NCBI GenBank assembly: GCA_041178425.1
Contig: JBEGVH010000016.1
Coordinates: 160,802-224,801 of the forward strand
Reading direction: 5' to 3'
Origin: Pseudomonadota bacterium
GTDB taxonomy: Bacteria; Bdellovibrionota; Bdellovibrionia; Bdellovibrionales; Bdellovibrionaceae
DNA length: 64,000 nt
The first letter of the stretch is position 1; every line of letters begins with the position of its first letter. This document shows, in pieces, positions 9,323 to 19,700 of this stretch. The translations under genes and the position numbers were made by a program. Below the pieces are notes generated by a model, which did not search any database, was not told the DNA's origin, and was given only the letters and a program-made list of their open reading frames with translations.

Positions 9323-10621
9323 ATGACCCAAATTTTTTCTGATATTCCACGCCCTATCGCAATTGTTGGTTTAGGCATTACGGGAACCGCTGTTCAGAAT
9401 CTTCTAATGGCCGGGGGTGTACCATCTTCAGAAATTTTTACCTTTGACGAAAAATCCCCCCGAGCCAATTTCAAGGAATCCCAACGACTAATGACTGAGA
9501 TTGCTCCCAAAACACTCGTGGTTTCGCCAGGAATTCCTCTTGCGAGTGATTGGATTCAAACGGCCAAAAAAAACGGCATCTACATTACCAGTGAATTGAG
9601 TCTTGCTTATCGACTTTTGAGTTCTGAAAAGGTGATTTCTATTACAGGCTCTGTGGGTAAAAGTACTACCACGTGTCTATTGAGAGCTGCATTGGAGCAA
9701 TTTTCCTCCTCTTTTTTTGTTGGGGGAAATCTTGGAATCCCATTGGCCATATATGCTACAGATTTATTAAACAGAAAAAGATCGACCGCCGATTGGGTTG
9801 TTCTTGAGCTGTCTAGCTACCAGCTTGAAAACTTTCCCGAATTAAAATCTGAATTTAGTGTAATTACCCATCTTACCTCTAACCATTTGGAACGATATCC
9901 GAGCAAGGAAGAGTACTTTCAAACGAAGTGGAACTTAGAGAACCATACTAAATCGTATTTTGTTTTAAATAAAAATGGTGGCGAACTACAAAGCTGGGCA
10001 ACAACGAAGGTTCCTAAAACACCTTGGATTTGGACCGATCGAAATAGCATTGCAGTAAATCAACATCGCCTCAATGATTGCCAACTTTTAGGCTCTCATA
10101 ATCTCGATAATATCGCTCTTGCGGCTGAAATCGTGCAACAAGCCAAGTGGCCAAAGTCTGCCTTTTTGGGTCTTAAAGAATTCTCGGGCCTCGCGCATCG
10201 TGTAGAAAACTTGGGAGTCAAATTGGGCGTACGCTATATTAACGATAGTAAAGCCACAACAATGGAAAGCGTTCGAATTGCGGTGGCTAGCGTTCTCGAG
10301 TCTATGGAAAGCAATCAAAAGCTCCACTTATTGCTAGGAGGAAAGGATAAAAATCTTCCTTGGGAAGAGCTTTCTTTTTTAAGTAACAATTCTCAAATAC
10401 AATTCTACTTTTTTGGCCAATGCAGAGGTATCGCCCAAACTAAGAGTTTACTTAACGGCCAATCCTACGAAGCGATGATCGCAGCTTGCGACTCTGCGAG
10501 AAAAAACGCCAAACCAGGAGATTCGGTTTTACTAAGTCCTGGAGGAACGAGCCTCGATGAATTCAAGAACTTTGAACACAGAGGCGATATATTTAAAGAG
10601 TTCGTATCGAATATTAAATAG
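9323..10621 (+). CDS. murD: UDP-N-acetylmuramoyl-L-alanine--D-glutamate ligase
   Basis: VVSPGIP, ITGSVGKSTT, VLELSSYQLE, HLERY, INDSKATT, GGKDK, LLSPG...FKNFEHRG. Confidence 0.95.
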   Translation: MTQIFSDIPRPIAIVGLGITGTAVQNLLMAGGVPSSEIFTFDEKSPRANFKESQRLMTEIAPKTLVVSPGIPLASDWIQTAKKNGIYITSELSLAYRLLSSEKVISITGSVGKSTTTCLLRAALEQFSSSFFVGGNLGIPLAIYATDLLNRKRSTADWVVLELSSYQLENFPELKSEFSVITHLTSNHLERYPSKEEYFQTKWNLENHTKSYFVLNKNGGELQSWATTKVPKTPWIWTDRNSIAVNQHRLNDCQLLGSHNLDNIALAAEIVQQAKWPKSAFLGLKEFSGLAHRVENLGVKLGVRYINDSKATTMESVRIAVASVLESMESNQKLHLLLGGKDKNLPWEELSFLSNNSQIQFYFFGQCRGIAQTKSLLNGQSYEAMIAACDSARKNAKPGDSVLLSPGGTSLDEFKNFEHRGDIFKEFVSNIK

Positions 10622-10631
10622 CGAGCTACAA

Positions 10632-10844
10632 CTATTGTTTCTTATCTGGATAGTCGCTGCCAATACCATCCCAGATCTGCCCCCAACGCTTGATAATGAC
10701 TCCCGGATTATCGCCATAAGCCGTTAGACTCTTGACCAAGATATTTCCGATGGTCAAACCAATCATCAGCAAGAGAACATATTCAATGAGAATCTGACCA
10801 GACTGGTTTCGATGCGAAATGCCCTTTGAACTCGATGCACTCAT
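10632..10844 (-). CDS. Flp/Tad-type pilin-like small protein
   Basis: Prepilin-like motif 'SG|QILIEYVLLLMIGLTIG' (Gly-1, Glu+5, Tyr+6) followed by a hydrophobic helix; 70 aa. Confidence 0.65.
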   Translation of the reverse strand: MSASSSKGISHRNQSGQILIEYVLLLMIGLTIGNILVKSLTAYGDNPGVIIKRWGQIWDGIGSDYPDKKQ

Positions 10845-10853
10845 GCCCTTCGC

Positions 10854-11312
10854 CTATAATATTTCAGGCGCCAAGCCTATACGAAGTGGCGCAGAACGAA
10901 TTACTTCAGCCAAACTCTCAGCGTCCCAGCGTTTAAAAATGCCGGACAGCTCATCCATGAGCTGACCAACATTATCTTCAATTACGGGTGCCAAAAGGCC
11001 AAACACGCACTCTCTTTCTTCACGTGCCATCGCAAAGTTACTAGGCGCCACCGACTTTCCTTCAAAGGCTTTTTGAAAGCTATCCTCGGTGGGGTAGATC
11101 ATAATTAGCAGAGTCTTTTCGCTTTTTTTTGCGATGTCTTTGTAGTGATTGAGTGCTTCTTTAAAGTGGTCCTGGAGCATGAAATAAATTTTCAATGCAT
11201 AACTCTCATGAAATTGAACAAAATAAATTCGAATGGGACCGTCAAAAATAGCAGAGTTGAATGCCGGATGATAAAATTTCGAATTTGTAATTGCCGAAAA
11301 TCCAGGCGTCAT
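10854..11312 (-). CDS. hypothetical protein
   Basis: 152-aa ORF with GGAG RBS, 9 nt upstream of the pilin-like gene; no family recognised. Confidence 0.7.
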   Translation of the reverse strand: MTPGFSAITNSKFYHPAFNSAIFDGPIRIYFVQFHESYALKIYFMLQDHFKEALNHYKDIAKKSEKTLLIMIYPTEDSFQKAFEGKSVAPSNFAMAREERECVFGLLAPVIEDNVGQLMDELSGIFKRWDAESLAEVIRSAPLRIGLAPEIL

Positions 11313-11522
11313 ATTCTAACTCCATTTTTTGGTCTCAACCCTAAGCCTAGAAATAGCGGGTCTAGATAGGCAATGAGTTTTTTTAAGAAAATGTAAGATT
11401 TTAATTATGTTTCATTTTTCAAATGGGTTTAACTAGACCTTGGTCTAGAATCATGAAAGCATTATGACTAAATAAAACTAGTCTGACATGTATTGATTGG
11501 TTCGATCAACAAGGGGGACCTC

Positions 11523-12806
11523 TTGAAAAACAGCAAAGCAAAGATGATGAATAAAAGAACCCAGGCCATTCACGGAAAGTACACCACTTCCGCTTGGCAA
11601 TTTGATAAGCACCTTATCCCGCCATTGACCTCTTCGACCACTTTTCGATTAGAGAGCCTCGAACGAGGCGCCCAAGGATTTATAGAATTTGCCGATGGCT
11701 CCACGAGCGAAAAACCAATTCTTATTTATGATCGACTCGATGAGCCATCAACCTTGATGCTTGAGGAGCAACTCGCCCAAATGGAGTCTGCAGCTTGCGC
11801 CGTCAGCTTTGGCAGTGGAATGGGAGCTATCAGTGCAGCCCTTATGGCCACTGCAAAGAGTGGCGATGAAGTACTCGCTCATCGCACCCTTTACGGTTGC
11901 ACTTACTCTCTTCTTAGTAATTGGCTCCCGCGACTTGGAATTCAAACAAATTTTGTGAACCTCAATGATCCCTCGGTGTCTAAATTGCTAAAAAATAAAC
12001 GTGTGCGCGTCATTTACTGCGAATCCGTTTCAAATCCGTCACTTGAAATTATCGATCTCATTAAACTAGTTGCCCTCGTGAAGGCTGAAAACAAAACACG
12101 CCCCAAAGCCGAAAAGATTAACATTATTGTCGATAACACATTTGCAACGCCATGGGGAATGCGACCGCTCGACTTAGGTGTTGATTTTGTCGTGCAAAGC
12201 CTGACGAAAAATATCTGTGGATTCGGAACCGAAATGGGAGGAGCAATCCTCGCTCGAAGCTCCTCTTTTGCTCACCAGCTAAAAATGATTCGAAAAGATT
12301 TTGGTGGTATCATTCATCCATGGTCAGCATGGCATATTTTGGTCTATGGAATTTCGACGCAGGCTCTGCGATTCGAACAACAACAAAAAAATGCAATGAC
12401 TGTGGCACAATTTCTCGCAGAGCATCCCAAGGTGGAGCTCGTCGTCTATCCTGGCCTCACTAGCCATCCTCAGCACAAATTAGCTAAAACACTTCTTCAG
12501 TCTCCCGAAGGAAAATTCTCACCTGGGTTTATGATTAGCTTTCGCCTTAAGGGCGATGACAAGACCTGCGCACGTTTCGTCAATGATATCGCCAAGAACT
12601 CCTACACCATAACACTGGCCGTCAGTCTCGGCCTTACCAAGACATTGATTGAAGTACCAGGATTTATGACCCACTCAGCGATTCCTAGTAAAAAACAAAA
12701 AGAAACTAATCTCAATCCAAGGGATATTCGCCTTAGTGTTGGACTAGAGTCTATCGAAGATCTTATTGACGATCTCGAAAAGGCTCTAGGAAAATTAAAG
12801 GTATAA
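11523..12806 (+). CDS. PLP-dependent trans-sulfuration enzyme, probably methionine gamma-lyase
   Basis: FGSGMGAI, LYGCT (Cys typical of MGL), IVDNTFATP, SLTK (PLP Lys), LAVSLG, IRLSVGLE. TTG start at 11523 after an AAGGGGG RBS. Confidence 0.85.
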   Translation: MKNSKAKMMNKRTQAIHGKYTTSAWQFDKHLIPPLTSSTTFRLESLERGAQGFIEFADGSTSEKPILIYDRLDEPSTLMLEEQLAQMESAACAVSFGSGMGAISAALMATAKSGDEVLAHRTLYGCTYSLLSNWLPRLGIQTNFVNLNDPSVSKLLKNKRVRVIYCESVSNPSLEIIDLIKLVALVKAENKTRPKAEKINIIVDNTFATPWGMRPLDLGVDFVVQSLTKNICGFGTEMGGAILARSSSFAHQLKMIRKDFGGIIHPWSAWHILVYGISTQALRFEQQQKNAMTVAQFLAEHPKVELVVYPGLTSHPQHKLAKTLLQSPEGKFSPGFMISFRLKGDDKTCARFVNDIAKNSYTITLAVSLGLTKTLIEVPGFMTHSAIPSKKQKETNLNPRDIRLSVGLESIEDLIDDLEKALGKLKV

Positions 12807-14353
12807 TGTTTGAAACAATTGTCTTATTGCTCTTTTTAAATCTAAATTCAATGGCGCTTCCCCTTGAAGATCAGTGCTCAATAGCACACGGAGAGCTCAG
12901 GGGAAGAGGCTGTTACTGCTCCTTTCTAGGAATATACATAGACCCTTTCAAGGATTACTGCTTTCCGGTAAAACTTAACCAGGCCCTAAATGAAGTACAA
13001 ACACTAACGGGTAAGAAATGTCAGTGGGATCCAAACAACCAAATTAAAATAAAAGACTCCCTCATCTCCAAGGATCGCACCGAATTCTGCAGTGATCCCT
13101 CAAAAATTCTCTGTGATGAACGGTATAATCCCCTGATGATTAAAACCAAAGAAGCTGAAACCAATTTTGATTTACTGAAACGAAAGATTGAGGGAACTCA
13201 AAAAATTAAAAATTACATCGCATCCCAATCTGCAGGCGAACTTCAACGATGCTCCCAACTTAAACTCGATGCCTGGAGAAAATGTCAGTCTTTAATTGAA
13301 GATCAATTAGAAAAAGAACTCTATTCCCCTCAGAGAAAACAGCGCGCTCGAGAGATTTTTCTACAGGCCAGGAGTTCTATAGTTGCGGTTCTAAAAGAAA
13401 AGAAAAAGCAAATTGAGCAATCAGGTCCGTCCGAAAGCCTACCCACGATCAACCAGATGATTGAATCCGTTGAGGAAACAGAAATTCATTTTGGCCCTTT
13501 TATCGAAAAAGATCCCACAACATTCAATGTTTCTCTTAAGGCCATGATCCCTTCAAAAGCCCAAAAATGGGCAGAATCTGATTTGGATCAAAATTATCGA
13601 AATACTCTTTATTTAGAGGGAATGATTCTCTATGCCGATGAGGCTCCGGAGGCCCTGCTCGCGGCTTTTGTCGGTGAATTAGCGCATATTGTTGGCCCCG
13701 GAAGCAGTCGATTTTCGATCAATAAAGCAAGCCCGCGAAATCCATTTTTAACCGAATTAAACTGTCTCAAAAGCAAGGTCTCTATCAATGCTCAACCGGG
13801 AGATGCCAATTGCTATCAAAAATTAGCTCAAAAATATAAATCGATTGATCCCCGCAAAGCTGAGAGCCTAAATGCCACCGCCCAAAATATCAATCGTAAC
13901 CCTGAAATGGCCTGGTCGTCTCCAATCCTAGACACAACAGAAAAATGTCAAATGGGTCAAACAGATGAAGCTTTCACTGACTGGCTAGCTACAGAGGCCT
14001 TTGCCCTACAAGATATTAATTCGCCAGAAGGCCTTAACAAAGAGAAGGCCTCTATCAACAAATCACTCATTCTCTTGCAGGAACAATTGGTCTCTTCAAA
14101 AAGAATTCTCGGTTTCATCGCTAGACGATGCAATAATCTTCCAATTGAAAAAAACGAAGATTTGAAAGGTGATTCACGTCTGAAGGCTTTAGATCAGCTC
14201 AACTCAATACTTTTAAATCATCCTAAAATCAGAACGACCATTGGTTGTGAACCGACCCAACGACCGACTGTGCCCACGGCAAACAATCAAGAGTCTCCTA
14301 AACCCAGCTATTGTGGACACCAATTGAACCCTCCAACAGGGTTGAATAAATGA
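12806..14353 (+). CDS. secreted Cys-rich protein with degenerate zinc-metallopeptidase motifs
   Basis: N-terminal hydrophobic signal; 'AFVGELAHIVG' and 'EAFTDWLA'; start overlaps the upstream stop (TAATG). Confidence 0.65.
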   Translation: MFETIVLLLFLNLNSMALPLEDQCSIAHGELRGRGCYCSFLGIYIDPFKDYCFPVKLNQALNEVQTLTGKKCQWDPNNQIKIKDSLISKDRTEFCSDPSKILCDERYNPLMIKTKEAETNFDLLKRKIEGTQKIKNYIASQSAGELQRCSQLKLDAWRKCQSLIEDQLEKELYSPQRKQRAREIFLQARSSIVAVLKEKKKQIEQSGPSESLPTINQMIESVEETEIHFGPFIEKDPTTFNVSLKAMIPSKAQKWAESDLDQNYRNTLYLEGMILYADEAPEALLAAFVGELAHIVGPGSSRFSINKASPRNPFLTELNCLKSKVSINAQPGDANCYQKLAQKYKSIDPRKAESLNATAQNINRNPEMAWSSPILDTTEKCQMGQTDEAFTDWLATEAFALQDINSPEGLNKEKASINKSLILLQEQLVSSKRILGFIARRCNNLPIEKNEDLKGDSRLKALDQLNSILLNHPKIRTTIGCEPTQRPTVPTANNQESPKPSYCGHQLNPPTGLNK

Positions 14354-14787
14354 GATTGCGTATTTTTATTCTTATTGGTCTTTTAAGTTATGGACCCGGA
14401 GCGTGGACAGCCCATTGCCTCTTCGCCTTCAGTATGAAAGGCCACAAGGCTGGCAGCCTGTCACTCAACGATGAAATCAGACTGTGCCACGCCAACAAGA
14501 AAGACGTCTTACTCGAAATTGATTACGCCACTCAACTAACCCGATCGCTGGTTTTGTCCGAAACCACTTACTATCAATTTGTGACAGGCTTTAAAAACAC
14601 TTTCTCAAGCCTCTCCTCTGCACCATCTAAAAATAAAACCTGTCGCCATCGACTTCATGTTAAAATTGATTGGGAAGGAATCCAGAAAGAACTTTACAGC
14701 TGTGAAGGCGATTCAAACTTCACTATTCTTACAAAAATGAATGAACTCGTGAGAGATCTCTATTATCTCCCCGATCAGATGAGATAA
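14350..14787 (+). CDS. hypothetical secreted protein
   Basis: 145 aa, signal-peptide-like N-terminus, ATGA overlap with the upstream gene. Confidence 0.65.
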   Translation: MRLRIFILIGLLSYGPGAWTAHCLFAFSMKGHKAGSLSLNDEIRLCHANKKDVLLEIDYATQLTRSLVLSETTYYQFVTGFKNTFSSLSSAPSKNKTCRHRLHVKIDWEGIQKELYSCEGDSNFTILTKMNELVRDLYYLPDQMR

Positions 14788-14799
14788 AATCGACTTAAT

Positions 14800-16050
14800 T
14801 TAATTTTGTTTTGCTCGCAATCCTCGAACAAAAACTTCCATCGTTGGATTTTTTCCCGCTTGATAAAATAGACCCTGCCAATCAGTTTCAATAATTTGCA
14901 GATCTGCAGAAAAACCCTTTCTTAAACAACCAACATCATCCAACCCAAGGGCATGAGCCCCACCAACGGTCCATGCTGCAATGATTTCTGGGAGACTCAT
15001 TTGCATGTGAAGACGTGCAAGTAATCCCACGAGCTGTATGTCCTGACTTGGACAACTTCCTGGATTAAAATCGGTTGCGAGGGCAACTCTAGCCCCCGCA
15101 TCAATGAGCTTGCGCGCGGGCGGATAGTCACACTTCATATATAAATCGGCCATAGGCAGTAGGACGGCAGTAGTTTCGGACTTCGCAAAAAGCTGAATTT
15201 CCTCTGGGCCAATTTGAATAACATGATCTGCGCTATGTGCATGAAGATCAACAGCAGTGCGTGATCCACCAGAAAGGGAGAGCTGATCAGCATGAACCGT
15301 TAAGGAAAATCCGAGATCTCTGGCTTTCTCTAAGTAAGTTTTCGCCGATGAACCTTCAAAAAAGTTCTTCTCGATAAAAATATCAACGCGATCGGCGAGC
15401 TTTTTCTTTTTTATTTTTGCAAGGACATTCTGGGTAAGAAATTCAAGATATTCTAAGGCAGTACTAAACTCGGGAGGTTTAGCATGCGCCCCCAAAAAAG
15501 TAGTAATAATTCGAGGTCCGCGAAGACTGCGAGCCACCTCGAGCTGCTTTACTTCACCCTTTAAATCGAGAGCATATCCCGATTTCACTTCGACAGTGGT
15601 AACGCCTTGACGCAAAAATTCATTGATTCGCTTTTGCGAAACCTCAAAAAGATTTTTTTTACTTTCGGTTCTAGTGGCTCGCATGGTGGATAAGATGCCA
15701 CCACCTTTTTGAGCGATCTCTTGATAGGTTGCACCCTGGCAACGCATTTCAAACTCTTGCCATCGGTTTCCGGCAAATACGGAATGGGTATGGCAATCAA
15801 TCCAACCTGGAAGAACTGTTCTCCCCTGAGCATCGTACTCTTTAGTAATTTTCTTAATCGAAGCAGGCAGGCTTTTCAGCGCCGACCGAAGGAATTTTTC
15901 AGGACCAACCCAAAGAATTTTTCCTTGGTGAATAAGAATGGCCGCCTTGGGTATAATCCCCAAGTCGGCCTCACTTATGCGGCGACCAGCTTTTTGCCAA
16001 GCGCCTTCGAGCGTCAGTAATTTTCCGATTCCCCGAATAAGAGTCGCCAA
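14800..16050 (-). CDS. hutI: imidazolonepropionase
   Basis: PGWIDCHTHSVFAGNR, GGGILSTMRATR, VEVKSGY, HADQL, ALATDFNPGS. Confidence 0.95.
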   Translation of the reverse strand: MATLIRGIGKLLTLEGAWQKAGRRISEADLGIIPKAAILIHQGKILWVGPEKFLRSALKSLPASIKKITKEYDAQGRTVLPGWIDCHTHSVFAGNRWQEFEMRCQGATYQEIAQKGGGILSTMRATRTESKKNLFEVSQKRINEFLRQGVTTVEVKSGYALDLKGEVKQLEVARSLRGPRIITTFLGAHAKPPEFSTALEYLEFLTQNVLAKIKKKKLADRVDIFIEKNFFEGSSAKTYLEKARDLGFSLTVHADQLSLSGGSRTAVDLHAHSADHVIQIGPEEIQLFAKSETTAVLLPMADLYMKCDYPPARKLIDAGARVALATDFNPGSCPSQDIQLVGLLARLHMQMSLPEIIAAWTVGGAHALGLDDVGCLRKGFSADLQIIETDWQGLFYQAGKNPTMEVFVRGLRAKQN

Positions 16051-16071
16051 ACCGTGCCTCGCTGTTAAAGT

Positions 16072-16821
16072 TTATGCTTTTGCTTTACCCTGATTGGCAA
16101 CCGCCTCCATGGCCTTCGCCACTTCTTCAGGATCACCGACGAAACGCTTTTCAATGACCTTGAGATCTTTATCGAGGGAATAAACAAGCGGAATCCCCGT
16201 TGGTAAATTAAGCTCCATAATTTGGGCCGGCGTCATATTTTCTAAGTGCTGAACTAAAGCCCTAAGACTGTTGCCGTGGGCCACTAAAACAACTTTTTTA
16301 CCCTCACGAATTTGCGGCACAATCGTCTCTTTCCAGAAGGGTAAAAAGCGGGCAACGGTATCTTTGAGAGACTCACAGGCCGGAAGTTCATTGCGCGGAA
16401 CATCATTGTAACGGAGATCATGGCTGGGGTGCCTAGGATCTGAGCTCTCCATCGCAGGAGGAGGAGTGTCGTAACTTCGTCTCCAGATCTTAACCTGTTC
16501 ATCTCCATGCTTTGCCGCTGTTTCAGCCTTGTTAAGACCTTGCAGAGCCCCATAATGCCGTTCATTGAGTCTCCAGGTTTTGTTAACTGGAATCCAAAGA
16601 AGATCCATCTCTTCAAGAACTAGCCAACAGGTACGGAGAGCACGCTTTAAAACCGAGGTATAGGCCACATCAAAATGAAAGCCTTCCTTTTTTAGGGCCA
16701 CTCCGGCCTTTTTTGCCTCGGCGATTCCCGTTTCAGCCAGATCAATATCCTGCCACCCGGTGAAACGATTTTCTTTGTTCCATAGACTTTCGCCGTGCCT
16801 AATTAATACGACCTGGTACAT
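16072..16821 (-). CDS. gpmA: 2,3-bisphosphoglycerate-dependent phosphoglycerate mutase
   Basis: [33 protein letters not shown]. Confidence 0.97.
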   Translation of the reverse strand: MYQVVLIRHGESLWNKENRFTGWQDIDLAETGIAEAKKAGVALKKEGFHFDVAYTSVLKRALRTCWLVLEEMDLLWIPVNKTWRLNERHYGALQGLNKAETAAKHGDEQVKIWRRSYDTPPPAMESSDPRHPSHDLRYNDVPRNELPACESLKDTVARFLPFWKETIVPQIREGKKVVLVAHGNSLRALVQHLENMTPAQIMELNLPTGIPLVYSLDKDLKVIEKRFVGDPEEVAKAMEAVANQGKAKA

Positions 16822-16908
16822 GTACCTACTCCTTCTGCAAATGATTGCTGACTCTTGAAAAAATCGGTAGCATAAGCATTGTCTGAAATCATCAAAAAAG
16901 GATCAATT

Positions 16909-19644
16909 GTGGACAATCAGCAATTCACGAATCGTAACAATTTGGAATTTATTGAACAACTCTACACACAATACAAATCCGACCCTCAAAGCATTTCTAA
17001 CGATTGGAAAATGTTTTTTGATGGAGTGGAGTTCGCACAAGGAACGAGCCTGGGCCTTTCCAGCAAAGAACTCGATGTTTATCACCTCATCAACGCTTAT
17101 AGAAACTACGGCCACTTCGAAGCTCAAGTAGATCCACTCAGCAATTCTCAGACCCCCTCTGATGAGCTATCTTTGGCCCGCTTTAATTTAAAAGAATCTG
17201 ATCTCAATCAATCGTTTCAGATCGGAAGCATCGTTGGTAAGCCCAACGCAAAACTAAAAGACATCATTGCACATTTGCGCCAGTGCTATTGTGGTAAATT
17301 AACGGTACAGGCCGCAGAGGCCCTTCCAAATATTCGCAATTTTTTCATCAAAGAATTTGAGCAACCCTCAACCTTTAAACTATCAAACGATGAAAAATTA
17401 GCGATCCACGCAACATTAAACAAAACGGAAGGTCTTGAAAAATTCATCCATACTCGTTTTGTTGGCACCAAGCGTTTCTCTGTCGAAGGTGGCGATGCTC
17501 TTCTTCCAATGCTCGAAGCCCTCACCTCTCGTGCCGTTAAAGCAGGCGTTGAAGAAATTGTTTTCGGAATGGCCCATCGTGGTCGCCTCAATGTTCTTGT
17601 AAATTACATGGAAAAAAATGTAGGCCAGCTTCTTGCCGAATTTTCTGGTCCTGTAGAGCTCACTGAAAAAATTGAAAACTACGATAGCGACGTGAAGTAC
17701 CACATGGGCGCCCACGTCACTAAGAAAACCGCTTATGGCCCTTGCGAAGTCACAATGGCCTATAACCCATCTCACTTAGAGGCCGTTAATCCAGTGGTGA
17801 TCGGAATGGCGCGTGCCGCTCAGCGTATTCGTAAAGATACTGAAAAACGCAAAAAGGTAATCCCGATGCTGATTCACGGTGATGCCGCTTTTGCCGGTCA
17901 GGGAATTGTTGCCGAAACCCTACAAATGTCTCAAGTACGAGGATACCGCGTCGGCGGAACCATCCACCTTGTAATCGACAACCAAGTTGGCTTCACCACT
18001 AACCCAGAAAATAGCCGTAGTTCTCATTACGCTTCTGACATTGCAAAAATCTTGGCGATTCCCGTTCTTCACGTAAACGGCGATGATGTGGAGTCATGTA
18101 TTCGCGCCATCGACATCGCGCTTCGCTATCGCCAACAGTTTGGCCAAGACATGGTAATCAACATGACCTGCTATCGTCGCTTTGGTCACAATGAGGGCGA
18201 TGAACCAGCTTATACTCAGCCCCAGATGTACGAAATCATCAAAAAGCACCCGACTCTGCGAGAAATTTATAGCAAACAATTGCAACGCGATAATGTGATC
18301 AATGCACAGCAGGCAGAGCAGGGTCTGAATGACGAAATTAATCGCTTGCAAGGCATCTTTGACGAAATCAAAGCTAAACCACCAAAAATTCCAGCAAAGA
18401 AATTTGAAGGACCATGGGCAGGGCTTCGTCGTGCCACCACTGAAGATTTTGAAAAAACCACCGACACAAAGGTGGACGCAAAAGTTCTTCAATCCATCGG
18501 TGAAACATTGGCGAGCTATCCCAAAAACTTCAATCCGCATCCAAAACTTCTCAAGCTTCTCGAAAGCCGCCGAAACATGGCCCTCGGAAAAGAACAGGTC
18601 GACTGGGGAATGGCAGAATTATTGGCCTACGGAAGCCTTCTCAACCAAGGCACTTCCATTCGTCTTACTGGACAAGACGTTTGCCGAGGAACATTCACGC
18701 ATCGCCATGCCGTCCTTTGCGATCACAAAACGGGTGAGTATTTTTCTGCGTTAACTACGATCAATACCGAAAAAGTAAAATTTTGTGTCTACGACAGCGT
18801 TCTTTCAGAGTATGGCGTTCTTGGGTTTGAATATGGGAATTCTGTTTACGACCCTCGCTTTCTCACTCTCTGGGAAGCTCAATTTGGCGATTTCACTAAC
18901 GGCGCCCAAATCATCATCGATCAATTTATTGCCTCTGCTGAAACTAAATGGCAGCAAATGAGTGGCCTCGTAATGCTCTTGCCACATGGCTTCGAAGGCC
19001 AGGGTCCCGAGCATTCTAGCGCCCGTTTAGAGCGATTCCTTCAACTCTGTGCTCAAAACAATATGCAAGTGATGAATTTGACAACACCGGCGCAGATTTA
19101 CCATTCACTTCGCCGACAAATGTGTCGACCATTCCGAAAACCAATGGTCGTCATGTCACCCAAATTATTATTGAGACATCCTAAAGCCGTATCTTCTATG
19201 GATGAACTTGCAAATGGTTCCTTCCAAGAGGTTATCGACGATGCGTCGGCTCAAGCGGCAAAAGTCGAACAAATTATTCTTTGCTCGGGTAAGGTGTACT
19301 ACGAGCTTCTTGAAGAACAAGCTAAACAAGCCGACCCTTCAAAGTTCGCTATCATTCGCATCGAACAACTTTACCCGTTCCCAGAAAAAGCGTTGGCGAA
19401 GATTCTCTCTAAATTCAAAAAGGTGCACTCCTATGTTTGGGCCCAAGAAGAGCCAAAAAATAATGGAGCATGGAGTTTTGTCTTCTTCAAACTGCATGAG
19501 TTGCTAAAGGGAACAAAAGGGGCTGCTCTCTACTACGCTGGCCGAGACGAAAGAAGCTCACCGGCCGTTGGAGCTACTTATAAACACAAGGTTGAACAAC
19601 AAGCCTTGTTAACGGATGCCTTTACTTTGAAGCAATCAAAGTAA
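16909..19644 (+). CDS. sucA: 2-oxoglutarate dehydrogenase E1
   Basis: KRFSVEG, GMAHRGRLN, DVKYH, HGDAAFAGQG, WEAQFGDF, GQGPEHSS. GTG start after AAAGGA. Confidence 0.97.
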   Translation: MDNQQFTNRNNLEFIEQLYTQYKSDPQSISNDWKMFFDGVEFAQGTSLGLSSKELDVYHLINAYRNYGHFEAQVDPLSNSQTPSDELSLARFNLKESDLNQSFQIGSIVGKPNAKLKDIIAHLRQCYCGKLTVQAAEALPNIRNFFIKEFEQPSTFKLSNDEKLAIHATLNKTEGLEKFIHTRFVGTKRFSVEGGDALLPMLEALTSRAVKAGVEEIVFGMAHRGRLNVLVNYMEKNVGQLLAEFSGPVELTEKIENYDSDVKYHMGAHVTKKTAYGPCEVTMAYNPSHLEAVNPVVIGMARAAQRIRKDTEKRKKVIPMLIHGDAAFAGQGIVAETLQMSQVRGYRVGGTIHLVIDNQVGFTTNPENSRSSHYASDIAKILAIPVLHVNGDDVESCIRAIDIALRYRQQFGQDMVINMTCYRRFGHNEGDEPAYTQPQMYEIIKKHPTLREIYSKQLQRDNVINAQQAEQGLNDEINRLQGIFDEIKAKPPKIPAKKFEGPWAGLRRATTEDFEKTTDTKVDAKVLQSIGETLASYPKNFNPHPKLLKLLESRRNMALGKEQVDWGMAELLAYGSLLNQGTSIRLTGQDVCRGTFTHRHAVLCDHKTGEYFSALTTINTEKVKFCVYDSVLSEYGVLGFEYGNSVYDPRFLTLWEAQFGDFTNGAQIIIDQFIASAETKWQQMSGLVMLLPHGFEGQGPEHSSARLERFLQLCAQNNMQVMNLTTPAQIYHSLRRQMCRPFRKPMVVMSPKLLLRHPKAVSSMDELANGSFQEVIDDASAQAAKVEQIILCSGKVYYELLEEQAKQADPSKFAIIRIEQLYPFPEKALAKILSKFKKVHSYVWAQEEPKNNGAWSFVFFKLHELLKGTKGAALYYAGRDERSSPAVGATYKHKVEQQALLTDAFTLKQSK

Positions 19645-19700
19645 GGTTTGCGAGTCATTAAAGAAAAACTTTTAGAATTGAATAAATAAAGAGGTGTTTT

